64,000 nucleotides of DNA, taken from assembly GCA_951406725.2 (NCBI GenBank), contig OX597816.1:138446001-138510000 (forward strand), given 5' to 3'. The notes under the pieces are model-generated. The model saw nothing but the letters and a program-made list of their open reading frames with translations, was not told the DNA's origin and ran no database searches. The stretch is from Octopus vulgaris (taxonomy: Eukaryota). Position numbers and translations under genes: made by a program. How positions within the stretch are numbered: the first letter of the stretch is position 1; each line of letters opens with the position of its first letter. Positions 1-17,280 of the stretch are shown piece after piece.

Positions 1-984
1 TACATACATACATACATACATACTGTGTGCACAGCAGTGAATATGTAAGTACATTTGTTTGCACACTGCGTGTGTGTATATGTGTGTCTGCTTTTGTGTA
101 TGCATTTGTGTATGTTTATATGGAACTGTATGTGTAACTACGCGTGCGTATGCGTGTATGGCACTGAAAACATATATATGTACGTGTATGTTATGTGTGT
201 GAGAGAGAGAGAGTGTGTGTGTGTGTGTGTATGTATTATATATATGTATGTATAAATTTAATATATGCGTGTGTGTGTGTGTTTTTTCAATTTTAACACT
301 CACGACCACACACATGCAATCGCAAGTAATAACACAAATACACACGTATCATACTACACTCTCACACACGCATACATACATACATACATACATACATACA
401 TACATACATACATACATACATACATGCACACATACATACATACATACATACATACATACATACATACATACATACATACATACACACATACATACATACA
501 TACATACATGCACACATACATACATACATACATACATACATACATACATACATACATACATACATACATACATACATACATACATACTGACTAATTGACA
601 TGACAGATAGGCAGACAGACGTACTCACACCAGAACACGTAGAGACATAAAGCCAACACGAGCAAAGAGTGAGGGGAAATGAAAAGTTGTCTCAATCGTC
701 ACGCACATGAAAAACACATAGACACACACACTCACACACACGCCCACAGACACTTCACACTAAATATATTCGCATACAACTACAAGAGTAAGTCAGATGT
801 ATATACACACACACGTAGAATTCAGGTACACCGCACTACCATCACCACCGTCACCAACACCGCCACCTCCAATAGCACAGCCGCCGCCGCCGCCACTACC
901 ACCACCAGTCACACATACGCGAACACTACGCTGAAACGCATACATAAATCCATAGATTTCGCAAACCAGATACACTCACACACA

Positions 985-1023
<39 letters not shown>

Positions 1024-1145
1024 ACACACACATGCACATACACACCACATACAATGCATATGCAGTCATTCACTCAGCCATTATATATTAACACTACACA
1101 CTATCTACACATACATAAACCCATACACATCACACAGCAGACACG

Positions 1146-1176
<31 letters not shown>

Positions 1177-1295
1177 CTGGACTCTTACCACACTTACACA
1201 CATACGCATATACAAACAGCCGTTTACTCACACATACATACATACATATAAACATACATCCATACATACATACATCCATACATATATATATATAT

Positions 1296-1354
<59 letters not shown>

Positions 1355-1377
1355 TATATACACATATATATGTAGAC

Positions 1378-1416
<39 letters not shown>

Positions 1417-1455
1417 GGTATATGTCACCCGCTTCTCTTACAGTTACACAAATAA

Positions 1456-1526
<71 letters not shown>

Positions 1527-2334
1527 GTGAAATGAGGTGTAGTCTCAATTGTCACTTCGGTGGGATTACGCTATCGTTAAAGTTTTTTCTTTCGCGTAGT
1601 TTTTCTCTGATTTACTTGTTCTCGGTTTTGTTAAGATTGACAGATCGGTGTATTTCTGTCTGCGGAGACCCAGGGAAGATGGGATGAGGAAAAAGGAAAA
1701 AGGAAAAGGAAAATGAAAAGAGATTGTGAGAAGGGGAGAAAGAATGATAATAGAGACCAAAACAGAGAGATAAACACAGATAGGTGAAAAAAAGCAGACA
1801 TACGCCACACGGCATAAACGGCAGTCTCAATATAGCAAGAAATGTTTCTGTATTTTTCTGCGCCATTTTCGAAATTCTTTCTCTTCCTTTCGTTTTTTTT
1901 CTTTTTTGTTTCCTTTTGATTGTTTGATTTCTGCTTATTATTGATTATTGATTTTCAGCATGTCATTGACGTTAGCGTTGTTGCTAGTTGAACGTTGATA
2001 ATACTTCAGTGGATTTAGCAAGATTAGCTTAAACATGTAGACTGAAACCTATTCCGGTGTTTCTAGAGGAAAGTAATTTGAGGATATCGTGTGCATACGA
2101 TATTCGATTTTGTTTATATGCACGCACACACACACACGGACGCACGGGCACGCCCACACATGCATACACAAACATACACATGCATACACATACAAACACA
2201 TGTATGTACTACTGTTCCGGCTAAATTTGACAGTTTGCATAAAAAGAAAGGTAGACACAATATACCATCCAAATATAAAAGTACTTTTAAAAAATCAAAA
2301 AATATCAACTAGATTATGGCTGGGTAATAACAGT

Positions 2335-2795
2335 TTACTCAAAGTAGCTAGCTCCAGCTTCCACCATGGCCTCAAGGCGACTCCGGAACCTGGCGCATGA
2401 GGAAATATTCGAATGATATTGGCCACATGCTCTGCCTTGGTGTTGCAGGCAGAGCGGCTGGTGTCTTTGTCAGCCGCACACCATAGCTGGATTCCGTACG
2501 ATTCCAATCGGAGGAGTCAGGAGGTCAGAAATTAGTGCCCGGTGAAGTCGTAGAAGTTCTCCGACAACCACTTTTGACTCTTGCCGGAGTTAGGGCAAGG
2601 AGTTGGATTATGCTGCCACATATATGACCTTTCAGCAGCAATTCTCTCCAGTCAGGGCTTGACAAGTCTCCAGCAGTTTCCCATAGTCGCCTGAGTTATA
2701 TCAAAGGCTCTGTTTAAAGATATGAGGCAGCATGACGTTACCCTCACTGAAGACACATTCAAAGATCACCCCAAGTTGTGAGAACTTGGTTTTCC
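2335..2795 (-). mobile_element. Decayed IS630-Tc1-mariner transposase remnant, maT/DD37D-like (C-terminal catalytic half)
   Basis: Manual minus-strand translation across frameshifts and stops gives VFSEGNVMLPHIFKQ...YMWQHNPTPCPNSGKSQKWLSENFYDF...*PPDSSDWN...WCAADKDTSRSACNTKAE...ARFRSRLEAMVEAGASYFE*. This matches the QQDxAPxH / WPPxSPDxNPxD layout of maT-type transposases. Confidence 0.7.
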
Positions 2796-2804
2796 TGAAG
2801 AAAC

Positions 2805-3821
2805 GTACGAGGAGGATGTGTTGTTAACGAATGAGAAAGCCAGAAGTGGTTTTAAAGATTTCAATCGGGAAACATTTCGGTTCGCGATGCACCACGTTCT
2901 GGTCGGCCGACTGAAATTAACAGCGAAGTGAAGGAGTTAGTCGACACCAGCCCTCATTATACGACCAAGATGAGAGCAGATATTTTCTATATATCCAGTT
3001 CGAGTGTCAGAAACCATCTATATCATGTTGATTACGTCAGTAGACTCGATGTTTTAGTCGCACATGAAGCGAATAAGGCTAACGGCGACCAACGTATTTC
3101 CATCTGCGACTCGTTGCAGAATTGTGAATGAAACGCTCCTTTTTTCAAGAGAATGGTGACAGGGGACAAAAAACTGGATTGTCTATAACAATGTGAAGTG
3201 CAAACGCTCATGGAGTAGGGAGGGCAGTGAACCGCCACAAGCAACATCCAAAGCAGGTCTTCACCCAAAGAAGGTTATGCTTTCATTTTGGTAAGATTGG
3301 AAGGGTGTTGGAAGATTGGAAGCTTTTCACAGACAGGAGCATCAGTTCGGGTGTGTAATATGAGAAGATGGACAAATTAAACGCAGTGATCCGCCAGAAG
3401 CCTACAGCACATGTTAATCGTAAGAGTCCGACATCATGATAATGCCAGACCACACACTTCTTTGCAGACGCGGCAAGAAGTTACTGGTGATTGACTGGGA
3501 AATTTTATGGTCCCCTCCATATTCGCCGGACCTGGCGCCTTCGGATTTCCCACCTGATTCTGTTTCTTCACAATGCATGCATCAAATGAATGGACAGACC
3601 CTTAACGCTGAAGAGGATGTAAAAATTCACATGGAAGAGATTTTCAGCGGTGTAGACAAGAAATTCTTCCAGCAGGGAATAATGGGTCTACCCACAAGAT
3701 TGCAGAAGATATTGGAACAAAGCAGTAATTATGTCTTTGATTGAAAAAAATCGCTTTGTATTTGAAATTTCCATCGTATTTTCGCTTTGAAAACCAAACG
3801 AACTTTTTGGCCAACCCAATA
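2805..3821 (+). mobile_element. Decayed mariner (DD34D) transposon, 5'-truncated, with right terminal inverted repeat
   Basis: Fragments read RMVTGDKK, HDNARPHT and WEILWSPPYSPDLAPSDF (ORF 3436-3744). It ends in AAACCAAACGAACTTTTTGGCCAACCCAA followed by TA (3791-3821), i.e. a mariner-like TIR plus TA target. Confidence 0.85.
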
Positions 3822-3890
3822 TTTGTGTGTGCATGAGTGTGTGTATATATACACACATACACGTATATTTGTGCATGTGTGCGTTTATGC

Positions 3891-3925
<35 letters not shown>

Positions 3926-4005
3926 TCGATTCGATAGACTAAAACCCTTCAAGATGATACTTTAGCATGGCAGCAATCAAATGATTGAAACAAATAAAAG
4001 AAGTA

Positions 4006-4045
<40 letters not shown>

Positions 4046-4046
<1 letters not shown>

Positions 4047-4590
4047 TGTCCCTTTCTCTTGTCTTTTGTTCTCACGTGACCGCTAGCCGCTGTTGAACGC
4101 TCTTTTCGTTCCAGCAGCCGTTGAAGCAACACGTACTTGTTCGTCTCTCTGTGGCCATTAGGCACAACTTCATAAGCTAGCCCCATGCTCAATTCGTCCT
4201 GTCGAAAGACCCTTGTCCTACGTCCTGGTTTTGTTTTGTTGTTTATTCTTTATACTTTATTTTTACCGTTATTGTTTTACGTTTTTGTATTCTTATTGTT
4301 GTCACGTATTCTGTATTTTTGTTCGTGTACTTCGTTCGTTTTCCGTCCTCGTGTTGTATACATTCGAAGCTTTCTTCCAGGGGATCTAATGCACTTGGCT
4401 TAGATTTCCCGTGGCGGGCTGGCCATATCGGAGCAATCTCAAGATTAATCAGCCGAAATTGCTAAGATGATCTGGTTCTTGACTGATGACTGAGGGCTTC
4501 GAATGTCCCGTCCTGTGGTTCTTGTGTCGTCTCTGTGGCGTTTCATGTTCTTGTCCATGTCTGTAATTATTTTTACTGTTTACCTATATA
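4046..4590 (+). mobile_element. Unclassified interspersed repeat flanked by (TA)n; second partial copy at about 45895-46090
   Basis: The segment GGCTGGCC...TCAGCCGAAATTGCTAAGATGATC.GGTTC..GACTGA.GA...GGCTTCGAATG.CCCGTC occurs at both loci. Confidence 0.6.
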
Positions 4591-5187
4591 TATATATGTA
4601 CGTATGTATGTATGTATGTATGTATATATTCTCACATACACGCACGTATGTATCTATGTGTCTATGCATGTATGATATATGGATGTGCGTATGTATGCAG
4701 CGCGTATTCATGCGTGTATATAGTTTAACTTAATTTTTCAAATTTCTCTCGGTTTTTAATTTTTCTTCCTTTATAATTACGTTTGTGCTTTATCATATGT
4801 GTATTTTTTTAAATTTTATCTGCCAGTTATCGTATCGCATTGATTGTAGAGATCATGTTTCTTTTTTTTTTTTTTTGTTAGAAATTTTTTCCTTCCTTTT
4901 AGTAACTACATATTCTACACTTTGTCAACATCCATTAATCGGTTTCCGATCTCGGTACAAATTCCACCGCCAACAACGCTAACAACCGTTCAGATCCGAT
5001 TGCTCTTCTTATTTGCATACACTCCGAAATTTTTCTTGTTTGTTTGTATTTTGTCTTTTGTTGTTTTTGTTGAAGCTATTTTTTGTTGTTACAATTGGTA
5101 TCATTGTTGATATTGTTATTGTTGCTGTTACTCGCTAATGTTGAAGCTGCTGCTGATGTTGACATCTGACATTTTACAGTTGTATTC

Positions 5188-6555
<1,368 letters not shown>

Positions 6556-7594
6556 TTACATTGTCATTATATTAGTGACTTGCTTAAAAGCTGCACTCCG
6601 TGCGGACTTTTTAACCGGCTCCTGTGAAGGGCTATTTAGGCCTGCGGCCCAAAACTATAGATGGCTAAATAGCATGACTATAATACGTCCATAATGACTA
6701 TATGCCCTGATGGTGTTTGATCAGAGGTTAAGAACGGATGAGAATTAATTCTGTAATGCAATCATTCCATTGATCCAGTCCAAAGTTTAATTCCAACTGT
6801 TGACCAATTTGTCCCAAAGTTCCTGTCACGACGTAAAATTAACGAAGTGAATGTCATTTATCTCCCCCTTGATTGCTGACGTTATCTGACAAAGGTCAAC
6901 CAAGATCAGGTTAAGCTTGGCATGAATCAGCCAAACTTAACCTGCTAGAAATAGCAACTCAAATCCTCTTAAATCAGATTCCAATGCTGGATGTTCAAGA
7001 ACTAAATGAAGGGAAGATTTTCATCCTGATTCGAAAAATGTATAATATGTCTTTGTAGAGCAAATGTAGACTGAGATACAAGTGTCCCGGATAGACAGAA
7101 TTTCGCGTTTATTGTTATAGATTATAGAATTTAGTTGATCGGAAACTAGGTATGATGTAGAATATTTTTGTATATACATCTAGCAATGTCCTACATCAAT
7201 CAGTATTATTTATATGTTGGAACGGTAGTAGTAGCTCAACTCCAGGTCATCTTTCATTGGGCAGATCAATAATTGAAAGCGTTCCAAATATGACCATCAT
7301 GTCCTTAACTCAGTCATGATACTTTTTTTTAAAGATTCTAGTTTCCAATATACCTTTCCAATTTTAAGACAACGCTGTAGGATTTTAGGAAGACTTGGCT
7401 GCTTTTTATAATCTGATCGAATAGTCCTGTATAGGCAACCGAATTGTCAGCCTTCTAACCACGTGACCTCTCATAGGTTCGGCATAATATTTAGCATTAT
7501 TTATATTGTTCTTTATACTGTTATTTATATTATATTTATGTTATTTGTATTTATATTATATCATTTAAATTGTTATTGTAATATTCAAATACTA

Positions 7595-7806
7595 TACTGG
7601 CACAAGGCGGCCAGCAAGTTCTGGGGAAGAGTCTGGTCGATTACATCACATCAACCCCAGTGCTCGACTGATACTTATTTTACCGGCCCCGAAAGGATGA
7701 ATGGCAAAGTTGACCGCGGCGGAATTTGAACTCAGGACGTAGCGACAGGCGAAATGCCGGTAAGCATTTCACCCGCCGTGCTAACAATTGTGCCAGCTCG
7801 CCGCCC
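7595..7806 (-). mobile_element. SINE family A copy
   Basis: Reverse complement of the family A head and core (…GAAAGGATGAATGGCAAAGTTGACC…GGAATTTGAACTCAG…GCCAGCTCGCCGCC). Confidence 0.85.
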
Positions 7807-7969
7807 TTGTTGTTATTCTAATGTTCAACAGTGAACTGACTCTCTGACTCACTCAAGCCTCATTCCTGTTCCTTTAGATAATTAAAAGTGTGCAGCCACT
7901 GCATTTGTCCTTCGTACTACTTATCTAAGAAATGATTAATGCTGCTATTGTGGTACCATATTATCTTCG

Positions 7970-8495
7970 CATCGGCATCGCATTCATCACCAACATTATT
8001 GTCATCACCATCACCACCACTACCATCATGGTCATTATGGTGGTCATGGTCATCGTCGTCGTCGTCGTCGTGGTCATCATCATCATCAACATCACCATCG
8101 TCGTGATCAACATCAACAACATTCTTATCGTGTGGGACATCGTCATTACCACAACCACAACTATCACCTCATATCATCATCATCGTTGTCACCGACACAC
8201 ATTATGAACATCGTCGTCAGCGTTCTCCCCGTTATCACTATCATCATCGTCGTCATCATCATCATCGTCATCATCATCATCATCAACGCCATCATCATCG
8301 CTACCACCACCACCACCACCACCACCATCACCGCCACCGCCAATATCACTACCACCACCACTTCCACTACAATCATCGCAACCACACCACAATCATCGCC
8401 ACCATCACAACTACCACCACCACCACCACCACCACCACCACCACCACCACCACAACCACCACCACCACCACCACCATCACTACCACATCATCATC
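7970..8495. repeat. Degenerate (CAT)n/(CAC)n/(CGT)n trinucleotide low-complexity tract
   Basis: Read directly; it produces spurious poly-I, poly-T and poly-P ORFs. Confidence 0.9.
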
Positions 8496-9355
8496 GTCTC
8501 ACTCTACAATAGTTTGCTCGTATTGAACATGGATGGAATAGTGTAAAGAATATGGAAGAGTTCTTTTTACAATAAAAGAACAATAGCAATAATAAAAATA
8601 CACACACACGCGCGCACATACACACACACGAACATACACACACACACACACACACGGACATACACATATTCGACACTGTCACATATACAGATGTACACAC
8701 AAATATGTTATACGAATAATACGAACACATATACAAATACAAAAACATACATACACACATACGCACACAAACAAAGACCATATATAGAGAGAGACCGTTA
8801 TAAGCGCATGCGTATACGCATGTGCAAAAGCTGTGCAGTAGTGTCATTATATTTCACCAGTGACACGTTACATGATGACCTGATAAGCTGACGAGCGATA
8901 AATTGATGTATTAGTCAGCTAGTTAGATCTGGTCAACTGTAGCACATCTTTTCCCATCAGGCAACTGACAACTGAGATTGCTGGGAAATCACACAGAATA
9001 CGTCCATGCATTTTAGTTCTCCGATCTGCCTCAATGGCTGCTAGGGTAACCGGAAGAACTTCCTGTCAACTTCGTTAGAATTTTTTTTTTTAGTTGATCA
9101 TTTTCTCTTTATTCTTATGTCTCTTTTTTATCCTGTTATCTTTACAAATGATGAACATTCAAGCTGAGATTTTCCGCCATCACTTCTTTATCGCTACCTC
9201 AAATGTCTACAGTTCATTTTTTCTATTCTTTTTGTTTCTCTCTTCGTTTTGTTTTCTAACCAGTATTTTCTCTTACGTCCTGCCTCTTCGATCGTCCTCT
9301 TTTTTATCCATCACACGGTCGTTTGCTTTCTCTCTCTTTCCAACTATACACACAT

Positions 9356-9397
<42 letters not shown>

Positions 9398-10406
9398 ACA
9401 TATATACACATGTATGTGTGTTTCTATGTATGTATGTATGTGTGTATGTATTCATATACATATATGTATAATTATATACATATGATCGTATTTATACACC
9501 TATACATATACGCATGTACACACACACAAACGCACACATTCACACACATACACACTCCCATACACACACACACTCATACACATACACACACACACATATA
9601 TATATGCATGTATGTACGTATTTTATATATAAAATATATATTAATATATATAATTGTCTTTATATACATACACATACACATACACATACAGACATGCATA
9701 GACACACACATCCACATACATACATACATACACACATACATACATACATACATACATACATACATACATACATACATACATACATGCAAATACGTATATA
9801 CATATGTACATACACACGCATACATATATGTATGTATCTAGCTATCATTCCATCTGTCGATTTCTCTCTATCTTACTTACAATGTCGTCTGCCCTAATAT
9901 TTCCCTTTCTAGTTATTTTTACAACACTATCCCCGCACTCATGCTCCTTAATAGTCCTTACTTTTCCCTCCGCTTCCAAATCCATAAGTGCTATAATTCT
10001 TTTCGTTTATCGATAAATGCCAACTCTTTCCTCTTTCTGAGAAACACACCATTTTATGCTAATTCTTTCATACCCATCTTTCCCCAGTACCTCTCTGTTT
10101 CTCTCCTCAATTTCCCCCTTCTCTCTTTTTCTGGCTCTCATCGCTTTCTTCTCTGCCATCAATGCGGTTACACACACACACACACACATACACACACACA
10201 CACACACGCACACACACACACACACTCATACATGCACAGACACACACGCACTCACGCGCACACCAAACACACCCACACGTACAGGCACACAGAGTTTGAC
10301 TCCTATTTAACCATTTCGACTTTTTAAAAACCCACTCTCGTCATATTTTACTTTTTATTGTTATAAATACAATCGAACAATAATTTGTATATGAACATAA
10401 TTCATA

Positions 10407-10472
<66 letters not shown>

Positions 10473-10498
10473 ATAATAATTATTATTATTATTATTAA

Positions 10499-10536
<38 letters not shown>

Positions 10537-10569
10537 TTTATATATATCATATATATATATATCGTTTAC

Positions 10570-10611
<42 letters not shown>

Positions 10612-11257
10612 GCTGGCTAAGCGAGCAGGCCAACAGAAGAAAGAGTGGTGAAAGAGTACCTCCTGAAAAAGTGCCTGAGAAACAGAAACCTATGAAGAGG
10701 AACATGAAAGATCACCTCGAATATTTCATTCTTTACAAAACGATTAGACGATATCTAAAAAATGACTTTAAGAATTATAGACTGAAGATATTGATACATA
10801 CTGCAGAGGAAAAGAAAAGTTTAAAGGGATGCAGGAGAAAGTTGAACTTGTAAAGGCTGGAGTTGACGGCGCTTAAGAACAAGGAGAGCGAAAAATATCG
10901 TTGCTGTCCTCATGTAGAAAAGCCCGTTTTGGCAACGTGGTTATTTCCTTTTTTTTGGATCAGAGAAAGAAAAGCATATAAGATGATACACTTCAGCGAC
11001 AGCCTATATTTTTTCATGGGAAACACATCAAGTTTACCTCCCGGAAACTTAAATTATTTCATCAGTTTTTCGTTCCGCTGAACGAACCAGCATTAATATA
11101 AAAAAGGATTCTGCGATTCCAGCCAGCATGTTTTGAAAGGTCTCTGTACGGAACGATCGGTAACATTCTTACCATTTATATGCTATAATTAGGAATATAC
11201 TGGTCCACATTATAAATATATAACCACTTTAGCGTGCTTTTTTTTCTGATTCTATCA

Positions 11258-11294
<37 letters not shown>

Positions 11295-11301
11295 TCTCTC
11301 T

Positions 11302-11375
<74 letters not shown>

Positions 11376-11883
11376 TACATTTAAACACATAAGGAATCCA
11401 CTCGTGGAATTCAACACGTTAGAAAGAACAGCTAGGTCCTATAACCACAAAAATTAGGGATAAAATTCGACAAGAACGAAATGAAAAAATAGAAACATTT
11501 TACCATCAAGTTTCCTGGACCAATTGGTTTCCGATTTTAGTTTAGCAAGCAAATAAATAAAATTTGCTCACGATGTGAAATCGTTCCCAACAGGGACACC
11601 TTGGGTTAAATATATAAACAACGAGGCGATCAAACTATAAGTCTCCCGTTTATATATCCTAATTTTTCAAAATCTACTGCGCAGACGCAGCCCTTTTCCG
11701 GCAATAAAAAAATGCCAACCTTTAAAATCGAAAATTATCCCAAAAACTTATAATACTTAAACATATCAAAGAGAAATGGAAAATTAATTATAATTTTCAC
11801 CTCCGGTGGACTAAAGCCGCTGCTCCAGCATGGCCACAGTCACATGACTGAAACAAGTAAAAGAGTATATATATATATATAGA

Positions 11884-11921
<38 letters not shown>

Positions 11922-12028
11922 ATAACACTATATATGTATGTTTGTACATATGCATATATATATGTATATATATATATATACAATTTATATTATTATATGA
12001 TTGAACGCCACGTATCCATTTCTAAGTA

Positions 12029-12077
<49 letters not shown>

Positions 12078-12158
12078 GGCTAAAATATTCTCCAGAGTGG
12101 TGCAGCATCATGGCCATAGTCTAATGACGGAAACAAATAAATCATGACATATAAAAAG

Positions 12159-12200
<42 letters not shown>

Positions 12201-12816
12201 ATGCACAAGCATATATTCATATTTTCATTTTATTATTATACATACATATTTCTATATTGATACACATCAAGAATTCAAAAGCCTTTTTTTTTTACCATTC
12301 GTATAAACCAGCTTACAACTGCGGTCAGTTGATGAAGATTGAGCTTAATGTACGTCTTGTCTTCGTCTTCTCTGCGACCTTCATACACCAGCCTCCTGAA
12401 TATAGATTTTTAAGGAACACCGCCACACTCCATTCATTATCAACCCCCCGACCGCAATTGTCTCGTTGACTGCAAATGTCATTCACAAGACCAGCAAGCA
12501 GGACCACTGCGGATTACTGGGCTTGGGATATTGACAATTGGATAGGATTACTGCTATACCGAGCCACTTTGAAGACAATAAATATTCTTTCATTTTTTTT
12601 TTTAGCAATAACATATTGCTAATACATACATACATAAACATATACATACATGCATACATACATATATTCATACATACATACATACATACATACATACATA
12701 CATAAAGATAATCATACATGCATACATACAAACATACATACATACATTCATACATACATACATACATACATTCATACATACATTCATACATACATACATA
12801 CATACATACATACATT

Positions 12817-12850
<34 letters not shown>

Positions 12851-12861
12851 TACATACATAC

Positions 12862-12908
<47 letters not shown>

Positions 12909-14262
12909 AACATAATCATACATGCATACATACATTCATACATACACACACACATACACACACACATATCTTACCGACATAAATAACAAAGATTGTGTTA
13001 CAAAATTAAAAAGTATTCATTTTACTGATCATTTAATTGCTAAAGTGACTTCTGAATTTCATTTTATATTTGTGTATATTTGTACATATATACGTGTGTG
13101 TGTCTGTGCATGCGTGTGTCTGTATATATAGGCATATATTGATACTTATTCTTGTTTGTGTACGTGTGTATGTGTGGTATGTATATATATATATATATGT
13201 TACACTCTCTTTTCGAGTGAACACACACACACAAGTACATATATACACAAATACACATATTCACTGACTCACAAAAAACGCATACATATAAAAATAATTA
13301 CATATATATCTATAGACACAAACACGCACGCACACACATATATATATATACACATACATACATACATACATACATACATACATACATACATACATACATA
13401 CATACATACATACATACATACATACTTATAAGTGTGGACGTGGACGGGGCATTTTTAATCAGTGAGAGATTCTGAGACATAGAGAAATAGACAATGATAT
13501 GGTGAATGGAAATGGAAAACGGAAGAAATGTACAGTACAAAAAGAAAAGAAGATCATATACAACAGCAACAACAACAACAACAACAACCAACATCAATCC
13601 GAAAATAAAATAAACCAAAGGCAAAATAAAACCAAAAATAAAAATACATAAAAAAAAAAAAAATTCCATGATTTGCAGAATTCGTGCCTGAAAGCTTCTG
13701 AGTGAGTTAAGTTTGAAGAATAATCGCAATATTTCATTGGTCAGCATCTGTGACAGATCACTCAAGTGGAACAATGCATGCTTATTATTCTTTCGAAAAT
13801 AAATGGCAAGAAAATGCTTGCAAAAGATTTATCCCTTCCCAATGAAGCTAAACATTTTTACCTACTCATTTCTCGTCTCTCTGCTTCCCCGGCATTGTGT
13901 TTTTACTCAGCTGACAAGAGGCTTCAAGAAAATGGTATCAGACGAGAAATGGAAGCTGGCATGCCGGACTTCACTAAAAATATTATGTACGAATTTGCAG
14001 CGGAAAGGGTGGAATTAGGGGTCGGTCGGGGTGGGTGGGACAAAGATACGAATGTGACATAGAACGAAAGTATATGACATGTATTATAAATAGGGTTATG
14101 GATGAGATTTGTAGCGGAATTTACTAATAGAATATAGATGGCTTTGGACAAACAGAAACATATGTAGAAATGAGTGGAGAAATATAAAGAAGAGATAGAG
14201 TAAGTCGTAGACGGCTGGATATGGAGGTAGATAGATAAATAGATTGATAGACAGATAGGTAA

Positions 14263-14655
<393 letters not shown>

Positions 14656-15047
14656 TGGATGGATGGCTTCAGAGATACACAGATAGATGACAGTTGAATA
14701 CAGAATGTGTGTGTATGCGTGTATTTGTTTGTGCGCGTACCTGTGTGACCGCGAATGAAACAAAAGGAGACAAAAAAATGAATTGATCGACAGATATGCA
14801 TAAATATATACATGTAATTGTGAACGTATGTCTTCTTTTTGCCTTGTTATCTAGGTTTGCGCGTATTTTGCCCAATCGATATGCAGACAGAACGGAAAGT
14901 AAAGGATAAAAAGACTGATATAGTGACAGACAGGCCGTATGCACTCACACACACGCGCGCATACATATTGACTTATACACACATATATACTTACACGTGT
15001 GTGTGTGTGTGTGTGTGTGTGCGTGTATGTATGTGTGTCTGTGTGTC

Positions 15048-15091
<44 letters not shown>

Positions 15092-15435
15092 CGTGTGTGT
15101 GTGTGTGTATGTATACATACAAACAATACATACATGCACACACATATATATATATATGCATAACATATGTATATATTTATAAACATATGAGTATGTATGT
15201 GTGTATGTATGTATGTATGGTTGGATGGATGTATGCATGCTAAAGAGAGGTAGAGGCAAGGCAATGCAGGACATAAGGAGTATATAAAAATCGCAACCTA
15301 GATAGCGGCAGATTTTGGTGTTCGAGCTGGTCAACATATATCTATGTATGTATGTATGTATGTATGTATGTATGTATGTATGTATGATAGTATGTATGTA
15401 TGTAGTATGTATGTATGTATGTATGTATGTATGTA

Positions 15436-15482
<47 letters not shown>

Positions 15483-16284
15483 GATAGATAGATAGATAGA
15501 TAGAAAGATAGATAGATAGATAGATATAGACATACATACATACATAAATACATAATACATACATACATACATACATACATACATACATACATACATACAT
15601 ACATACATACATACGTACATACATACATACATAGGTATATGTTTATGGTAAATATAAATAGACAATGATATGAGTATATGTAAACATATATGTCTGAATA
15701 GATATTTACGCACAAACATGTATACGAGCTTGTGTGTACCTGCATGTATTCATACATATATTTGGATGCAGAGAAATCAATCTGGTTATCTATCTGTCTG
15801 TCTGTCCATCACTCTGTTTATGAACTTATGTGTGTGTGTGACTCTGTGCGGTTGTGTGTGTGTGTGACTCTGTGCGGTTGTGTGTGTGTATGCGTATGTG
15901 TTTATGTATATATGTATGCATGGCTGAATGTATATATAATATATATTATATATGTAGATATACATATGCATACAAATATATACATAATGACTTACGCATG
16001 TAGTTATGTGTGTGTGTGTGTGTGTGTGTATTTATATACATATATATATATTATGCATGCAAAACACGCACATACACTCACACACAGACGCACAGGCACA
16101 CATAGACACGTAATGAAGAAGGGGATGAGCGTTTGGAAGGGGTTAGAGACACTAAGGCAAAGCGATCGAGGATGGGTTATAGGTAAGTATGACATTAATG
16201 GGAAGAGAGGGAGAGAGAGAGAGCGAAAGAGAGAGAGAAGGAGAGAGAGAGAGAAAAAGAGACTAAGCGAAAGAAGTTTTCAGA

Positions 16285-16460
16285 GGAAATGTAGTACGTA
16301 TTTTTACGATGAAGAACTTTCCAGTCTGTCAAGACCGATGAAGAGTATGGTGCCAGGATGCCTGCCACACTCTTCTGGCTTCTCTGCAAAATATTCTGTG
16401 ACGGGCAACTGGTCCATGACTTCGCCAGCATCTCGCTCATATACGTTATGGCCATTTCAA
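16285..16460 (-). mobile_element. Short fragment resembling a mariner transposase C-terminus
   Basis: Minus-strand translation LPVTEYFAEKPEECGRH...DRLES resembles the mariner C-terminal YFASKPxEF...LPxRW motif; heavily decayed. Confidence 0.4.
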
Positions 16461-16491
16461 TGCAGTAAGCATTATGCATATATGCATATGG

Positions 16492-16552
<61 letters not shown>

Positions 16553-16608
16553 AACAAAGATGTATATCTATATATAAATATAAATCGATATAATGGTATT
16601 ACGCACAG

Positions 16609-16660
<52 letters not shown>

Positions 16661-16931
16661 GTTGTGTGTGTGTGTGTGTGTGTTGTGGATGTGTGTGTGT
16701 GTGTGCCTCTGTACGTGTGTGTGTTTCTGTTGCATATATATGTCTGTGAGGGCTCGCAAGTATAATTCAATATCATTGTCAACAAAATTTAGATGTATTT
16801 ATATATCTCGCATTCATATGTTTGCTTCATCGTTCGTATATAAGGTCTTAGAAATTTATGAAATCTGTTTCATATTTACATACATGTATACAAACGCACG
16901 TAGACATATGCACATACACACACACACACAT

Positions 16932-16984
<53 letters not shown>

Positions 16985-16988
<4 letters not shown>

Positions 16989-17104
16989 TATATTTATTTA
17001 TAATATGTGTGTGTGTGTGTGTGTTTGTTTGTACATTTATAAGATAAAGACATACGTACGTATATACAATGATATATTTGTGTAAATATGCGTATGTATG
17101 TATG

Positions 17105-17150
<46 letters not shown>

Positions 17151-17243
17151 TACATACATACATACATACGCATATTTACACAAATATATCATTGTATATA
17201 TGTTCGTATGTCTTTATCTTATAATTATATGTACACACAAAAA

Positions 17244-17280
<37 letters not shown>

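Noticed and set aside
2440-2510. YGIQLWCAADKDT read as a piggyBac motif
   Set aside because: The surrounding translation fits a maT-type transposase with a frameshift at this point.
4478-4515. CTGATGA…GAATGTC as a canonical hammerhead
   Set aside because: It has GAAT instead of GAAA, no convincing stem II in register and no stem I pairing; kept only as part of an unresolved structured repeat.
7932-8512. Hydrophobic, poly-Thr and poly-Pro ORFs resembling a membrane mucin or extensin
   Set aside because: Trinucleotide low-complexity tract open in several frames on both strands, with no unique coding signature.
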